DNA of 64,000 bases from Psammoneis japonica. Lineage: Eukaryota. Below, one piece after another: positions 10,242 through 23,419 of the stretch (position 1 is the stretch's first letter; each line of letters begins with the position of its first letter). The stretch spans positions 186,001 to 250,000 of the forward strand of contig QPGO01000077.1 of the NCBI GenBank assembly GCA_008632985.1. Direction: 5' to 3'. Under the pieces are notes generated by a model. The model had not been told where the DNA came from and searched no databases. It saw only the letters and a list, made by a program, of their open reading frames with translations. Position numbers and translations under genes: made by a program.

Positions 10242-13200
10242 CTACATGATCGATGTCTTTTGACAACACAGCAGTTGTTCGTTTGGGGAGTCAGGTGTGA
10301 ATCTTTCAGCATCTAGTTGGGTCCAGAGAGGTGTGCGTGATGGATGAAATGTGGACCAGGTTGTGGATGGAATTTGGCGCATGTGCCATTTTTCTCTACG
10401 GCAGAGTTGGCAAGTGCATGGGTGTGTGAGTCTGGATGGACTCTCTCTTGAGGGATGCTGCTCTAAAGTGCTTTGCTCTAGAGCAGAACTTGGTGCAAAA
10501 GGTGAGAGATCCATCATTTGTGATTTTCCACTCGTCGCGGCATTTTTGGCATTGTCCATTGACGACGGAAAGTTGGGTGATCCATTTGCAGGTGTGATTG
10601 TGTGGCTCTCAGCATTCTAGTTGTCTTTGAGGGTAGGATTGCACCACATGTCCTCCAGGAAGCATTGTCATTTGCTGCACAGCAGATGTTGCTTGAGGGT
10701 TCATGCATTGTCGCGGCACGGTGATGCTGTCGCTCTTGCTTCTGCGCACAGTCACACTGGAATTCATGCGATCATCTGTCAGTCAGCCAGCAGGACCGGC
10801 TCAGGCAGTGGGACTGGTTGAGTCAGCCAGCAGCAGGAGCAAACTCATGGAGAACCTTCACAAATCATTTCCTGGTCCCGAACGCGAGATGATTCCAGTT
10901 GACCTTGACAGCGTCACTGGGGAATGGGGTGAAATTTAGGGTCGTCGTCAACACCCTCCAAAATTTCACACTCGGTTAACCCACATGGCTTGCGGAGATG
11001 CTGGCCAGAGGGAGAGAAGGCAAACAGGTCTTGTCATGAACATGGTCCATGGAACACACAATCAAAAATGCAGGTGCAGCGATTGTTGGAATTCTCACAC
11101 AGTTTGTGCTCAGTTCCGTTCCAACTGTGCTCTTTGGTTCCTGTCTCTGATGATGTCCTTTGGTGCATGAGCGGCCTTTCTTCCAGTTTGACATGTCCCA
11201 GTTGTGCGGCAGCTCCGGAATTGAAGACAGGATGCACAATGTTGTTCAGTCTTGGATGGTCCTTCACTGCAACACCAGCTAGCACCAGACATTGCAGCAC
11301 CAACATGAGACAAATCTCACTAAAATCTGCTCCCCGGTCTGCCCAAGCATCACACGCCACCTTGCACCATTGTCCCATTAAATTGGGACAGAACTCATGG
11401 GTGTCGATGTTGTCGTTCACCCAGAGAAGTGCAGCATGGATTTTGTCCACCATTTTGTCAACTGGGTCATTTGCCGTGGCGACGTGCCTCTGGTCTAGAA
11501 ACACCTCCAAAAACTTCTCGTACGTCAAATTGGCAGGGCTGATCCTTCCAACCTGTGGGTCGCCGAACAACACGCCAAATGCATTCATCAAGCAATCAGC
11601 AAAATTCACAAACGGGTCCATGCCTTTGCAACAAAGGTTGGGCAGATGCTTGTCCCCCACATGGTAAAATCGGTGATGTCCAGTTGGATGACCCGCATGG
11701 ATCACCAACCGGATGACTCGTTTTGGGTCTGGCCCCAATCGGCACACAATGTTTTTGAAACTGCAGAGCACTGTGACTGGAGCAGACAAGTGAAAGTCCC
11801 TGACTGGGAATGTCGGGAACTTGAGCCAATCCATGTGCACCTTGGCGTGTGAAGATTCGCCGCCTCTGCCTGTCACAACATTGTCCCATGGCCTGTTGTC
11901 GTCAAGGGAAAGATGCTTGAATGCACTGCTGGAAAGCGACACGTTGGGGTGGGAGGGACCATTGTGTTGCAAGTCCAAGTCTTTAAGTGCAAAGTCAAGC
12001 TGAGCTTGACATGTCACACTGGTTGTCATGGCATTCACCAATGGTGGCTCTGCTGTTGGCAACAACCTTGAAGGACCATGTGTCGCCAAAGGCATCCACA
12101 ATAAAAAAACAACCTGTGGCTGTTTTCCTGTGTTGATGCCAGGTGCAGTTTTTGACGTCACAGTGACAATCACAGACTTGACCCCAGGAAATGCACAATC
12201 CCTGCATGGCAACGTCCTTGCGTTTAAAGAAAAGACAACCCATTTTGTTGCACAACTCTTTCGAATGCTCCTCGCACCAAAGCAACCAGTTGAATGGTGG
12301 CGGATTGCTCAGTTTCCTCAGCTCTACCTCGTTTTTGCAAGGCCAAATCAAGTCGAGAATGTCTGCTGCCATGGTCTTGATTTTGGAGGACTCGTTTGCG
12401 TCGAAGTCATCATCAGACTCAAAAACATGAAGTCTGCAGGTAGCCTTGGGCTTGGCAAGTTTGGCAGAGCCGGGCAACTTTGGATGATGCACTTGCCCTG
12501 CACAACCAAACTTTGTCCTGCATCCTTTGCCATTTTGAACTGCAACCGGTCCATCATGACTCAAATTGGACTCACCCTTCAACAAAACAAATGGCAGAAG
12601 GGCAGGAATGCACACACAAAGGCACCCAAAGTGCCCTTTTTGCAGAGAGTTAGCTTGTCAGGCAATGGAGAGTTCCTCGGAGAAGTGATCAAGGTGAGGA
12701 GGGTGCTTGGTTTGGACACGAGATGCGGCGACGGAATCACACAAAGAAGTTTTGTTTGAGAAAGTGTGTCAGTTTTCCTGCAAGTTGTCTGCCAGGCAAA
12801 AGTTGGCGGCAGAATGATGAAGCACACGATCAGTGTTGGTGGCTTTGCCAATGATGTGCAGGTGTGACAAATGAGAAACAACTTCCTTGGAGGTGGTGGG
12901 CCGACACTTGGATGGATCAAAGTGATTGCGGAGTGTGGACTTGTCCAGCCACGACATGTCATTGGGGTTGATGGGAGGAGATGCATCCACAGGAGGATTT
13001 GCCAAAACAGATGGAGGAGAGGAGTGCCGTTTCGAGGGAGCACCTTTGGAGGCAGGAGAAGGTTTTTGGTTTTCCATGATTTCTGAGAGTGACAGAAGGT
13101 CGGCAGTGAGAGTCTGGTGCACCTCCCCAGACAATGCAACATCACCAGACAACAAAGGAGGTGCTGGTTTTGGGTGAGATGCAGGCTTGGCCTTCTTGTT

Positions 13201-14679
13201 GGGGACAGTCAAGGAAGGCTCTGGTGGGGCATGTGCAATCACAGGGTGTGAGGAGGTGCCGTGAGACAACAGATGCAGGCAGAAGGTTGAAGGCAGGAGG
13301 TGGGGGGGGGGGGGGGGGGGTGCTCACCATCGCACAAACAGGTGCCATCTTTGCAGATCCTCTTAATTTTGCATTTGGTTTTAGATTTGTGCTCTCGTTT
13401 GTTGTCATCTTCCAAGCAGTTGGCCCTCTGATCACGCATTCTGCAACAAAGCATTGTGAGCCGCTTGCTGCACCTGGGTTGGATGCCAGTTTGCTCCTTG
13501 GGACAACGCTTCCCAAATTCATGATTCAACATGGAATTGATTTTTTCTTTGTGTGCCTCCTGGCATGCAAGGGAATTGCCTTGCATTGTCGCTGTGTTCT
13601 CAATGTCACCGATTTGGTCACCAAGGAACCCCTTGATCTCATCTGCCTGGGAACCAGGATCATTGGTGTCGCACACAACCAGCAAGCTGTTGACAAACAG
13701 GTGCCATTTCTTTTGGGTGTTGACATGACAAAAAATCTTCAGGAACCAACAATTTGTGTCCTTTGGTTTGTGCTGAACGTAACGCATGACAATGTCAGTG
13801 ACAAAGCATGCACCATGGAGGTCTTGGGCTCGTTCGTTGATCAAATTTTGGAGACTTTTGCAACTTAAAAATTGGAAACAAGGCTGACCAGATGCGGGAT
13901 CATTTGGGTCGTTGCTGGTGATGATCACATGGACAAATTCTGCCATTGCCCAGATGTTGCGGTGGAGAAGCATGTGGTTCTGCTGTTCTTTTTCTGTCTC
14001 TCTGGACATTTTGGAGAAATGGAGAGCCTCCTTGAGATTTTTGTGTCGAAGGACACACTCACCTTTCAGCGCGCAAGATTTCTCAATGGACCAACCTTGA
14101 GTCATGATGCAGGACCAAATGTTGGGACAGCCAAGAGTTTTCCTTACAATGTCATTGGTGCGGATAATTTCAGCAACATGTGAAACACAACGTAACTTTG
14201 GCTTGTGACAAAGGAAGGGAAGAGCAAGGAATTCTGGAGAGGGGGTCCAATTTGTCATCTCCAAAAACTGCTTTTTGGATGCACGCGTTGCGATTGTGCT
14301 TTTGAGCTTGGGTCCAAACAATTTGAATCCAAAACCATTGGTGAAACATTCCATTTCATCAAAACTGCAGTCCTCTTGGCAAATTGGAAGGAAGGGTCAG
14401 GGTCGACCTTGTCGTCAGACGGGGTGAAGCAGTTGGCCACCATGGCCAACAGTCAGTTGCCGATTCACATAGAATGTGCAGGAATTGCAACAGTGCACAC
14501 TCTTGTCAAATGTGTTTTGGGGAGAGGATGTGCTGTTGTGAAACAGGTGGAGCATTGTGCATGCAGAAAATGCAACAAAATCCAGGTGGGGAGCTGTTGA
14601 CTGGAGTTCTGGTGGGTGCAGGTGAAAAACAATGAGCCAAGTGCTCATGTGGCCAACTTGGGCGTAGAAGAAATGCCAT
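10242..14679 (-). pseudogene. Large (~1,400-codon) decayed transposon-borne gene: N-terminal C2H2-like finger, Pro-rich linker, HxDxxN motif and a helical domain with an E-h-x-LCE motif
   Basis: Consecutive minus-strand ORFs 13239-14354, 12769-13269, 11995-12615 and 11034-12212 join through frameshifts; motifs 'CIFC...HILSPKH', 'CHCDVKN', 'SGAAAQL...TEHKLCE...DCVFHG..QDLF'. Confidence 0.55.
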
Positions 14680-14918
14680 CCTCTGTGGTGGTGCAAGAGT
14701 GTGTTGGAGCCATTGAAAAGAACTGTCAAAGTTAACGTTCAATAAATTTGTCAAAACAAAACTTATTTTTCGCAAATGAAACACATGTTGAAAGTCATTG
14801 GCAAATTTAAATCAAAACAAAACGGTGACAATTACACACATAAAAAGGCAACAACAATTTCAACATGACTCTCATCTTTGCAAGTGAAGTTTAAACATGA
14901 CAACATGCTTGCACACCA

Positions 14919-16242
14919 TCAAATGTTCCGAACAAGACAAAGGAAAGTGAGCACCACTGTGTTGCAGCCTCTGATGTCCACTGCAATGGGGCACCCCATC
15001 CGAGCTGATGTCCAACACTGCAGCACATCCGTTGGCATGCATTCCACCGGAACTGCATCAAAGTTTAATTGTGCATGCATGGGAAGCTCTTTTCCTTCTG
15101 CTTTGGCATTCTCAAGAGCACTGCACGTGGGTGTTGGAAACATCTCAGTGGTGCACCATTCAGAAATGTTGGGCCTTTGAATCAACACGCTCATTTGTAG
15201 TCTGCAGCGGACACAGGAAGCAACTGAAACGGATCGAACCCTGTCAGGTCAGTCCAACCCTGACAACCTGTGTCTGAATTAAGAGGAGTCAATGGGACTA
15301 AATTTCCATGCTCATTGAGTGCAGGGCAATGATTGAACAGTGCAATGGCATGGTCAAAATTCTTCGTGCAATTGTCAGGGATCAACATGGTTCTGAATTC
15401 ACCCACAACAGCCTCTGCAACGCAAGCACCAGAAAAATCATCATCAAGCCTCGGCAGAATCCTCTTGAATGTTTTTTTGAAACCAATGTTGTGCACCAAA
15501 CTACAGCAATCAGACCCAAGAAGATTTGCCATCGCTGCCCAATGTTCAAAATCAAAAGCAGTGATGGGACAATGTTTTGGAGGCAGAAAGTCCTTCTGAT
15601 TGTAGACCTTCCATGTGTCATTCTTTGTGCCAGTCTTGAAAGGAACCATTTTGGCACCCAGTGTGATTGTGTCTCTGTCTTCTGTCATTGCTGCATCAAT
15701 CCGGCCTTCTGCTTCCATCTTAAGTGGCTGGTGCTCTCGGCCTTGAATGGTGCACAGTCAAAAAGGATTCCCTCAGGCTCCATCCACTCTTTTGTCAAAT
15801 GAGATGTCATGTCAGGATTGGGACTACAAAGATCTCTTGTGCATTTCAGAGACTCTCCACAGTCAGACTTGCAAATGGGAGACCCAGCCTTTCCTTTTGC
15901 AACATGCTCCTCCAACCACTTCTTTGCTTTGTTTGTCTTTTTGTCTCAGGTCTCTCTTGCAACGCTCTTCATGGGATGCCGAAATCCATCAAAGACAGAG
16001 AATGGAGTGATGCTGGCAGAGACAAGCTTCCAGTGGCTTGACTGCAGTGATGCCAATGAACTCTTCAGTGGATGCGCAGGATTGGCCATCAATCACCGTG
16101 TGGTGGCATCAGTGTGGCAAGCCTCATGGAGCCACACTGATGCATCAATCCCAACCGTCTGCCCTTCTGTGTGTCAAAAAGGCATTGATTTGCTTTTGTT
16201 GACAGCGCCAAGCACCTCAATCCAAAGCTCCCTGATTCCCAT
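14919..16242 (-). pseudogene. EXO1-like XPG/FEN1-family 5' nuclease, decayed, inside the repeat domain
   Basis: 'MGIRELW...GQTVGIDASVWLH...ITPFSVFDGFRHPMK' (XPG-N); 'CAPFKAE...GRIDAAMTEDRD' (XPG-I); 'LLGSDCC..HNIGFKK' (H3TH, with DY->DC); in-frame TGA stops consistent with CGA->TGA. Confidence 0.85.
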
Positions 16243-16819
16243 GGTCAACACAGCCACTGCAAGAATGACAGTGCTGCTGATGATGTGGGCAAGAAATTCT
16301 GAAATCTCAGAAACTCCCCCAAAATCTTCTCGAGTGTGACGCGTGCATCTGGCACATGCCACCACTGCTTGTGAAGGATGAATCCTCATGTGGCGGCATC
16401 TTTTTTTACACAGCTTGTGATTTTTCAACTTTCTTGCATTTTGCAATGCCTCTGAGCACCCCTGAGCACTTGTGAGTGTGCCCAACTCCCATCAGGGCCG
16501 ACAGACATGCACTTAAGCTGCACTTGTCAGTGGTTGTTGTGCTCAACAAACTGCTCTTTTCACCAAAGTCATGCTGCTTGTGGCTTGTGGCAAAGAACAA
16601 GCCACAACTTTGCAGAAATGCTGGCAATTGAGGGTGCACAGCTGGCTGCTGCAAACATGCCCATGACTGCCAACCAGGGTGCCCCGGACCCCTGCACAAA
16701 GCACAACTGGGGCACTCAACAATGTTGCCTCTTGTTGGGAGCACCAAATCAAGCCAAATGTTGCTTCTGAAGCTGATCTTGCTGTCAAGCAAAAAGCCAC
16801 TGAAGACATGCTCTCCAGC

Positions 16820-17180
16820 TCCAGGCAGGGCTCTGTGCAGCGCTGGGCTCACAGAGCTCTGCGCACAAGCTTTTCAGTGTGAGAGCTTGGCCAGTGGATG
16901 TGTTTGTCTTTTACACAACACAAATGACCAAGTTTGTGCTGCAGCTGTGCCACTTGACACTTGGCCTTTTTGAGGGCTTGTCCCCACCCTGTGCCACTTT
17001 TGAGACATTTGAGAGTGGCACTGTGAAAACACGTCGACAGTTGTTGAATGGACAGCTTGACAAATGTGCCAAAAAATGACACAAAATTGTGCCCAAAGCC
17101 ATGCAGAGGCGTGCATGTGTGACATGCAGTGGACAAAAAACTTTGACATTGCAGCCCAGCATTGCAAGGTCCTCTCCAGC
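16820..17180. repeat. Diverged dispersed non-coding repeat, second copy at ~19920-20280
   Basis: Shared blocks GACATTTGAGA.TGGCACTG, AAAATGACACAAAATTG and TGCAAGGTCC; starts with a GCTCTGTG/CACAGAGC hairpin. Confidence 0.7.
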
Positions 17181-17754
17181 CTTGTGCTGGAGTGCATCGG
17201 AAAAAGTCAAATGGGGGCAAGTCCAGATTGTGTGACAGTTCCAAGCCAAGAAATGTGTGATTGAATACAAGAACAACAATGGAGTGACAATTGCACATGA
17301 GTCAGAGAGAGAAAATGCCGGGACAAAAAAATTTGTCCCGCAGGTGTGAAAAAAGTTAAACAGATGGCCAAATTCTGGCACATTGACAGGGGTCGTCAGC
17401 CAGAACTGGCACAAAAGAGATGCAGAGCTGTGCATCAAGTGCTTGCATGTCAAAGGGGAGCCAGCCCACAGCAATGACCATCATCTGTTGAGGAGTTTGT
17501 GGCACAGCAAAAATTGATCCACGCCATGTAAAAAGTGCAACACAGCAGCCATGGGTGGAGACACCACAGAAATCACACAGAAACAAATTTTCTTGGATCA
17601 AAACAAGAGTTGCCTTGTTCGACAGAGGGTGCTCAGAGGTGCTTGGAATGGGGCACAACTTCTTCATTGGCCTTGCATTTGTCAAGATCAAGAGCAAAGA
17701 AATGACCGCCATTTTCCTGCACTTTGCCGTGCAATCACAACTGAAAATGTTTGA

Positions 17755-18368
17755 TTTTTTCGTGCGTTGGGGGGTCAGGCGGGGGTCCGCCCATCCAAAT
17801 TTGAGAGTGTGTCCCTTGGATTTTAGAATGGCATGCGTTGTTTAGTGCAAACAAATTGTTCAGATTCAGAGAATGATCATTGAGGACATTGGAGGTTGCG
17901 GGGACATCCTTAAAAAATTGACAAATTCTCTGCGACAGGTGCCCGGAACTGTGTTTTCTAGAAGAGCTCAAAAGTGCTGTAAAATTGGGATTGCCGGCAT
18001 GGCATGTTGAAAAATGTGTTGAGCTTTGCACAAAGAGAATTTGTTGTGAATTGCACATGAAACAATCATGTTGGAAAAAAACATCGAACTGACAACAAGT
18101 GAGTTTGTGCAATGCGCCATTTTGGCAACAAATTGGGGAAAAAAGAAAGAGTGTCCATGCACCTCACTGCAGCCCCAAAAATGGCATGAGCCATCAAATG
18201 TGATGGTCATCTATGAGAACAGTGTGGTGGCCATGCCACTCTGCTGCTGCAGTGCTGGCCCCGGCGGCAGGGCCCTGCACATGTGTGCAGGCAATGCAGT
18301 GTGTGCAACAGCACACACCCACACCCGCAAAGAAAGACAAGTGGTCAATGCTCCCTGCAGGCCTGGTT
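17755..18368. mobile_element. Dispersed repeat copy 2 (homologue of 8780-9465)
   Basis: Direct alignment; this copy has lost more TA and CG sites than copy 1. Confidence 0.85.
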
Positions 18369-19049
18369 TTCATGCATTGACTCATTTGCAGTTTTGGAAT
18401 GTTGTTGCAGCTTGCATGATGCCAATGGTGACTGGCATCAAAAGCAGAAGTTCTCACATCTCCAATGATGCATCTGCCAAGTCACCTGACTGCTCAGTTG
18501 GAGAGAATGAGAAACACAGTGCTTTTCTCACTTTTGCCACACTTCACCATGTAAAAATCAACTGAGCACAATGATCCATGCCATTTTCATGGCAAAATTG
18601 GGGTCACATTGTCAAGCACAATGAATCCACCTTTGTGCCATTCCCACTTTGTGTAAATTCTCTGTCATCCCTTGAGCAATGCCAGCAGTCCAACTCATCC
18701 GTCATTGTTGTCAAGGTCCAACTCGGCAAATTGACATCACTTTTGTCAAAGGTGACATTTCTGGCAAATGGCTTTTTTGCCAAAAGAGAAATTGAACCTG
18801 TGCAGTTTGTTGGTCCAAGAGCACACATGACAAAACGGGGCTTGGTGGGGTCCTTGGCCGTTGCCTTGTCACAAGCCTCACGAGCTGGCTTTGCACCACA
18901 CAGCAATTCAGTTCATGCACATGGCATCCACACTGGCGGCAGCAGTGGATGATGATGATGACTGTGATGCATCCAAGGTAGAAGCAGTTTTTCTGCCACC
19001 ACCATCTCTTCCACCACTGCTCCCTTGCAGTTGTTGTTTGAGTCATTGC

Positions 19050-19290
19050 AAAATGCTCTTTTGCCAACAGTTGCTGTTTGGGATTTAAATGCAACATGTG
19101 TCAACAGGCAGTTTGGGTTGAAGGTGATTCATTCTTGTGCAGATTGGATTGAAGTGAAGTCATCAAGGTGCACTGTTGATGATGTTCCATCAAATCTCCC
19201 AATTCTGTGACATGCTCACCATTCAAAAAGAGTTCCATCATGCAACAACCAACACCAAAAATGTTGCTGGCAGGTGTCCTGTTGTTGACG
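19050..19290 (-). pseudogene. Fragment of a VPS15/PIK3R4-like protein kinase C-lobe
   Basis: 'TPASNIFGVGCCMMELFLNGEHVTELGDLMEHH...LHKNES..QTAC*HMLHLNPKQQLLAKEH' resembles Vps15 subdomains IX-XI. Confidence 0.6.
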
Positions 19291-21479
19291 TCTTTGTCAT
19301 GAATCATGGCAGCTGTTGCTGACAACCTGTTTGTTGTTCTTTGTTCTTGAAGGGTGGATCATCATTTGTTGGGAGTTTTTTTCAGAAAATGCATCAACAA
19401 GATGGTGCTGCAACAACAAGATGTTCACAAGATGGCATCTCTGATTGGGCCAACACGCCAGCATCAGTGGGTGCAAAAAATCTCCCACAAGCAAAAAATT
19501 GAAACTTAAAGATTGATCAAATGAGTCCCAGATGGATCAGCATGTTTGTTGTTGTCTGCCACACAAAATGCCCACAATGTCAGCCTCCACTGTGCATGCC
19601 CGCAATTGCAAATTTCGTGTTGCACTTTTTTGCCTGGCACCTGCCATCTGCTGTTCTTGCAATGCCGCAGCAGTGAAGTCACCTCAGTGACAACAAAGAA
19701 AAGCTCCACTTTGACAATTTCTTAATGCCTTCCCCCATTTGCCCCTCCCAGCAGAAACAAAGTGAGGGTGGTCCATTGGTCGGAATGGGCCATGTTGTGG
19801 CCCTTCCAGACCTGATGAAAAGCAAAGCTCAAATGAAGATGGTGTTTTCCAATTCAAGAAAAAATCTTCAACAAAAATGAGTGGCTTCCCTCTGACTTAA
19901 GGACAGTTGTTGACATGTGCTCCAGCCCAGGTGGGGCTCCATGTGTGATGTTGGGCTGTGCTGGAGTTCTGCATGTGAGCTGCACAGTGCAAGAGTTAAG
20001 TTGACAGGTGCACTGAAAAAAGCCAAGTTTGCAGTGCAATTGTGCCTCTTGACAATCAACATCTTTGGAGATTTGCCTGCCCTGCACCATTCTCAAGACA
20101 TTTGAGAATGGCACTGCAACAAAAAACAAAATGTCAAAAGTTGTTGAGTGGATGACCCAACAATTGCACCACAAAATGACACAAAATTGCACCAAAATCA
20201 TGCAGAAATGTGCTTGCACAACATGCAAGAAATGAAAAAACTTCAATGTCACAGTCTGGTGCTGCAAGGTCCCACCCAGAGCTGGAACACATCTGCTGAT
20301 GAGCGCCGGCCAAAGAAGGTCTCAGGAGATGTTGGCAAGAATGGAGTGGCAAACAAGAAACAGCTTGCAAAGAAACAAAAAAGTCCATGGCTGAGCTCAA
20401 AACAATGATGATGTTTGTCAACATTTTTTCAATTAAGTTCTGCAGCAAATCAATTTGTCACATGCTGGGAGTTCCTTGTCACCATTGATGCAGGCTTCTC
20501 ACTCAAGTGCAGTCATGCAAAGAGATCCTCAAAAGAGTGCAAGTCTGCCATTTCACTGGAAAAACAACAAGAGCCCAAAAGTGTCAAGCACAATTGCAGT
20601 TTTAAGACAAATTGTTTGCTGGCTGGACCCAGCTTTGAAGAGGCAGAAAGTTGAGAGGAGGCATTGGTTGCCAGCTTGAGTCACATCATTTGAGTTGACA
20701 CACAGTGACAACTGCACTTCCAGTGTCAAAGAGCTTTCAGTGGCAAAAAGAAGATGGGTGCAACATTCTGCAGCATTGAGCCAAAAGAGCTTGGAGTTGC
20801 AGCTGAAGTCATTGCTGACCCAAACTCTTCTCACTTGCAACTCCACACACTTCTGCATGACTGCATCCCCCAGACAGATGCTCAATCATGTCTGATGACT
20901 CCCAAAATGCAAGGGAGCATGCAGCCAAAGCACACCCAAAGGGGAAGCAGCACCTTGACAACAACCAATCTGCAGGAAAGCTGGTGAATTTCAAACCTCT
21001 TTATGAAGATGAAGAAATTCAGCTTCCCAACACAGACTTGTGCTGCAAACAATGAAATGAACTCATGGAATCTGCCATGGACAATTCACACAGGATGCAG
21101 CAAGAAGGCTGTGGACTTCCTCCAAACCCTGAAGAGATGGAGTCCAGGCTTTGACTGCAGGATGAAATGCAACTCTGAAACTTGATGCCAGACAGTTCTT
21201 TGGGTTTCTCAAACAGTGCAACAAGAGCATGGATCCATTGTGGCATCACTGTTTTTCTCAGCACCATGAAGACAAAACTGAACAGAGTCTCCCCAGGAAA
21301 CACATTGGTCCAGCATCTCATGTTTCAGACCCATTAAAGCAGGAGTTGTGGGCAGCATTGCAGAGCAAGGAAGGTGTGGAAAGTGTTGCAAAGTGAGGAA
21401 GGTGCCACATGGAAATCACTGGTGCAAAGCAAGAGGTGGAAAATGTTGCAAAGCAAAGAAGATTTTGTTTGAAGCTGCG

Positions 21480-22442
21480 CCAACACACTGGCTCAGGTGT
21501 GCAGCTGCTGCTCATCAGCTGTTGGAACATGTTTCCAAGTGCAACCAGTGAACTCCCGCCATCATCAACTTGATGGACTGGCAATCTCACACAGTGCTCA
21601 TTAAATGACATTCCAAGAAACACATTGGCATGGTCAAACTTGTCCATGACCTTCTCCCAACAAACAAGATTGCTCATTGGTGTGATCCCATCTACCCACA
21701 TCATTGTCTGACTTGTGAACATCCCATGGACAAGGACGGAGATCACATGCTCTGGTGCCCAAACAACAAAGCTTGGTGCAGAAAATTTTTGCAAGGGCTT
21801 CACAAATGTTGCGATCACATTGATGCCATTCCTCCACTTCAAGATTTCCTGATGGCCTCTTTAGAAGCTTGGTTCAATGAAGAAATGACACACACACCAA
21901 CAAGGTGGGCTGTTGCTGCAGAACTCTGTGGGATGCTCAGTTGGACACAGGATGGTGGCAGGTTTTTAACGGATGCTGCTCTTGCCTCAGGAATGTCTTG
22001 CAATCTGGCCACTTGCGCGATTCAGGTGTCCTCCATCAGCACCAAGAGGAACACAAACAACCCCCAAATTGGACAGTTCAAACAGGATCTTGCACATGGA
22101 AGCAGTGGCAGGAACTCTGGGAAGAGCACAACCAGTTAGTTTGTGGTTGTGATGTTGAATCTAGGAAATCTTCCCAATGGCACCAAGCAGAGGCACCAAG
22201 CTGACAGCAACACACAACAAATGTCAGGAGCATTTGATGAAAGATCAAGGAGTGTCGTTGGACACACCAGCAGAACACAAGATGTTTTCTCTGCTGCCAG
22301 AGCCCAGAATTGGATCTCAATGGTCCACCCCAGATTGAAAGAAAGTTTGAAGGAAGCAAAGCACCAAGCACTTTGTGGCACACTCACCATTGCCAGTCAT
22401 GTCCGTTGGGCATCTCCTGCTGGAGGTGCCACAACCGGCTGA
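21480..22442 (+). mobile_element. Non-LTR retrotransposon (diatom Ambal/L1-like) ORF2 3' fragment
   Basis: 'MDWQSH...KLVHDLLPT...CLTC...DGDHMLWCP' (CCHC finger), 'QLDTGWWQVFNG', 'WKQWQELWEEHN..VCG.D'. Confidence 0.75.
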
Positions 22443-23419
22443 TTGCACAAACTTCTGCCACACCCCTTGCAGGGCGCATTGGAAGTGTGGGTTAGCTGGC
22501 ACCGGTGTTGCTGGGCAAAGGTGCAACGGCACTTTAAAATCAGGTTTGGTTTTTTTTTTTGGAATGCACACATTTGCCAAAATGAAATTCCAGTGGTGGG
22601 CCAAACTTTGTTCACTCCTCGTGAGAGATCACAGAGTGCACAGAAGATGGTTTTGACCATGCTTGATGTTTGGCTTGTTGACTGCAGTCCTGGAAAAAAT
22701 GTGGTGTGGCCACCTTCAAGTGGCCCCATTTTGACAACAAGTGATGCTTTTTTGAAGCTTCCAAGTGTGGCATGTGCAAAAGAAGTGCCAGATCTTTCAC
22801 AACACAACACACCAAAACAACCATGGAAATGCTGCGATTGCTTTTGTTGTTTGCAGTTTGCTGCACCCTTGTGAGGCCCACCTCTGCAGCAGAAGGGTGA
22901 GCAACTCAAAGAGATGCTGTTGAACACACAGCAGATCAACTTGAGCCACTTGTGGGCACAATGAGTCTTGCGGCAATGCTCCAGCATGGTTCAAGCAAAG
23001 AAGTTTGAGGCGGCGAATGTCAGCTCAGATGTTGGCACCACAAGCCCTGCCTTTTTCATGAAAATTGCCTTGTGAGGATGCTTCACAAGAGTGGAGAAAC
23101 CTGTCAAAAAGATCAGCTGATGGTTGGAAAGAAGGGTGGCACTTTTGGTCATGACACTGTGACACTTTGCACAAAAGAGTGTGGAAAACAATCCAGAGTG
23201 ATGGTGCCAAGCATGCATTCAACAGCCAGCCTTTCCTGTCCCAGGAGTGGACAAATGACATCGCAATGGTTGGGCCAACAAGCACAGTGCCAATGTCACA
23301 CAATTGCCACATTTTGTTTTTGCTGCATGTTTGTCTTGCAGAAAAGAGCATCATTAAAAAGAAGGAGCCTCGAGATTGAGGCATGATTGTCACAACATGA
23401 TCCGAAAGTGGCGAGGAGC

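Noticed and set aside
13301..13320. Poly-G tract (and poly-C at ~4418-4436) as functional G-quadruplex elements
   Set aside because: These are homopolymers within Pro/Gly-coding stretches of decayed genes; their length is unreliable and nothing else supports a function.
16447..17640. 13-bp inverted match CCTCTGAGCACCC as the TIRs of a MITE
   Set aside because: The match does not extend and no target-site duplication is visible.
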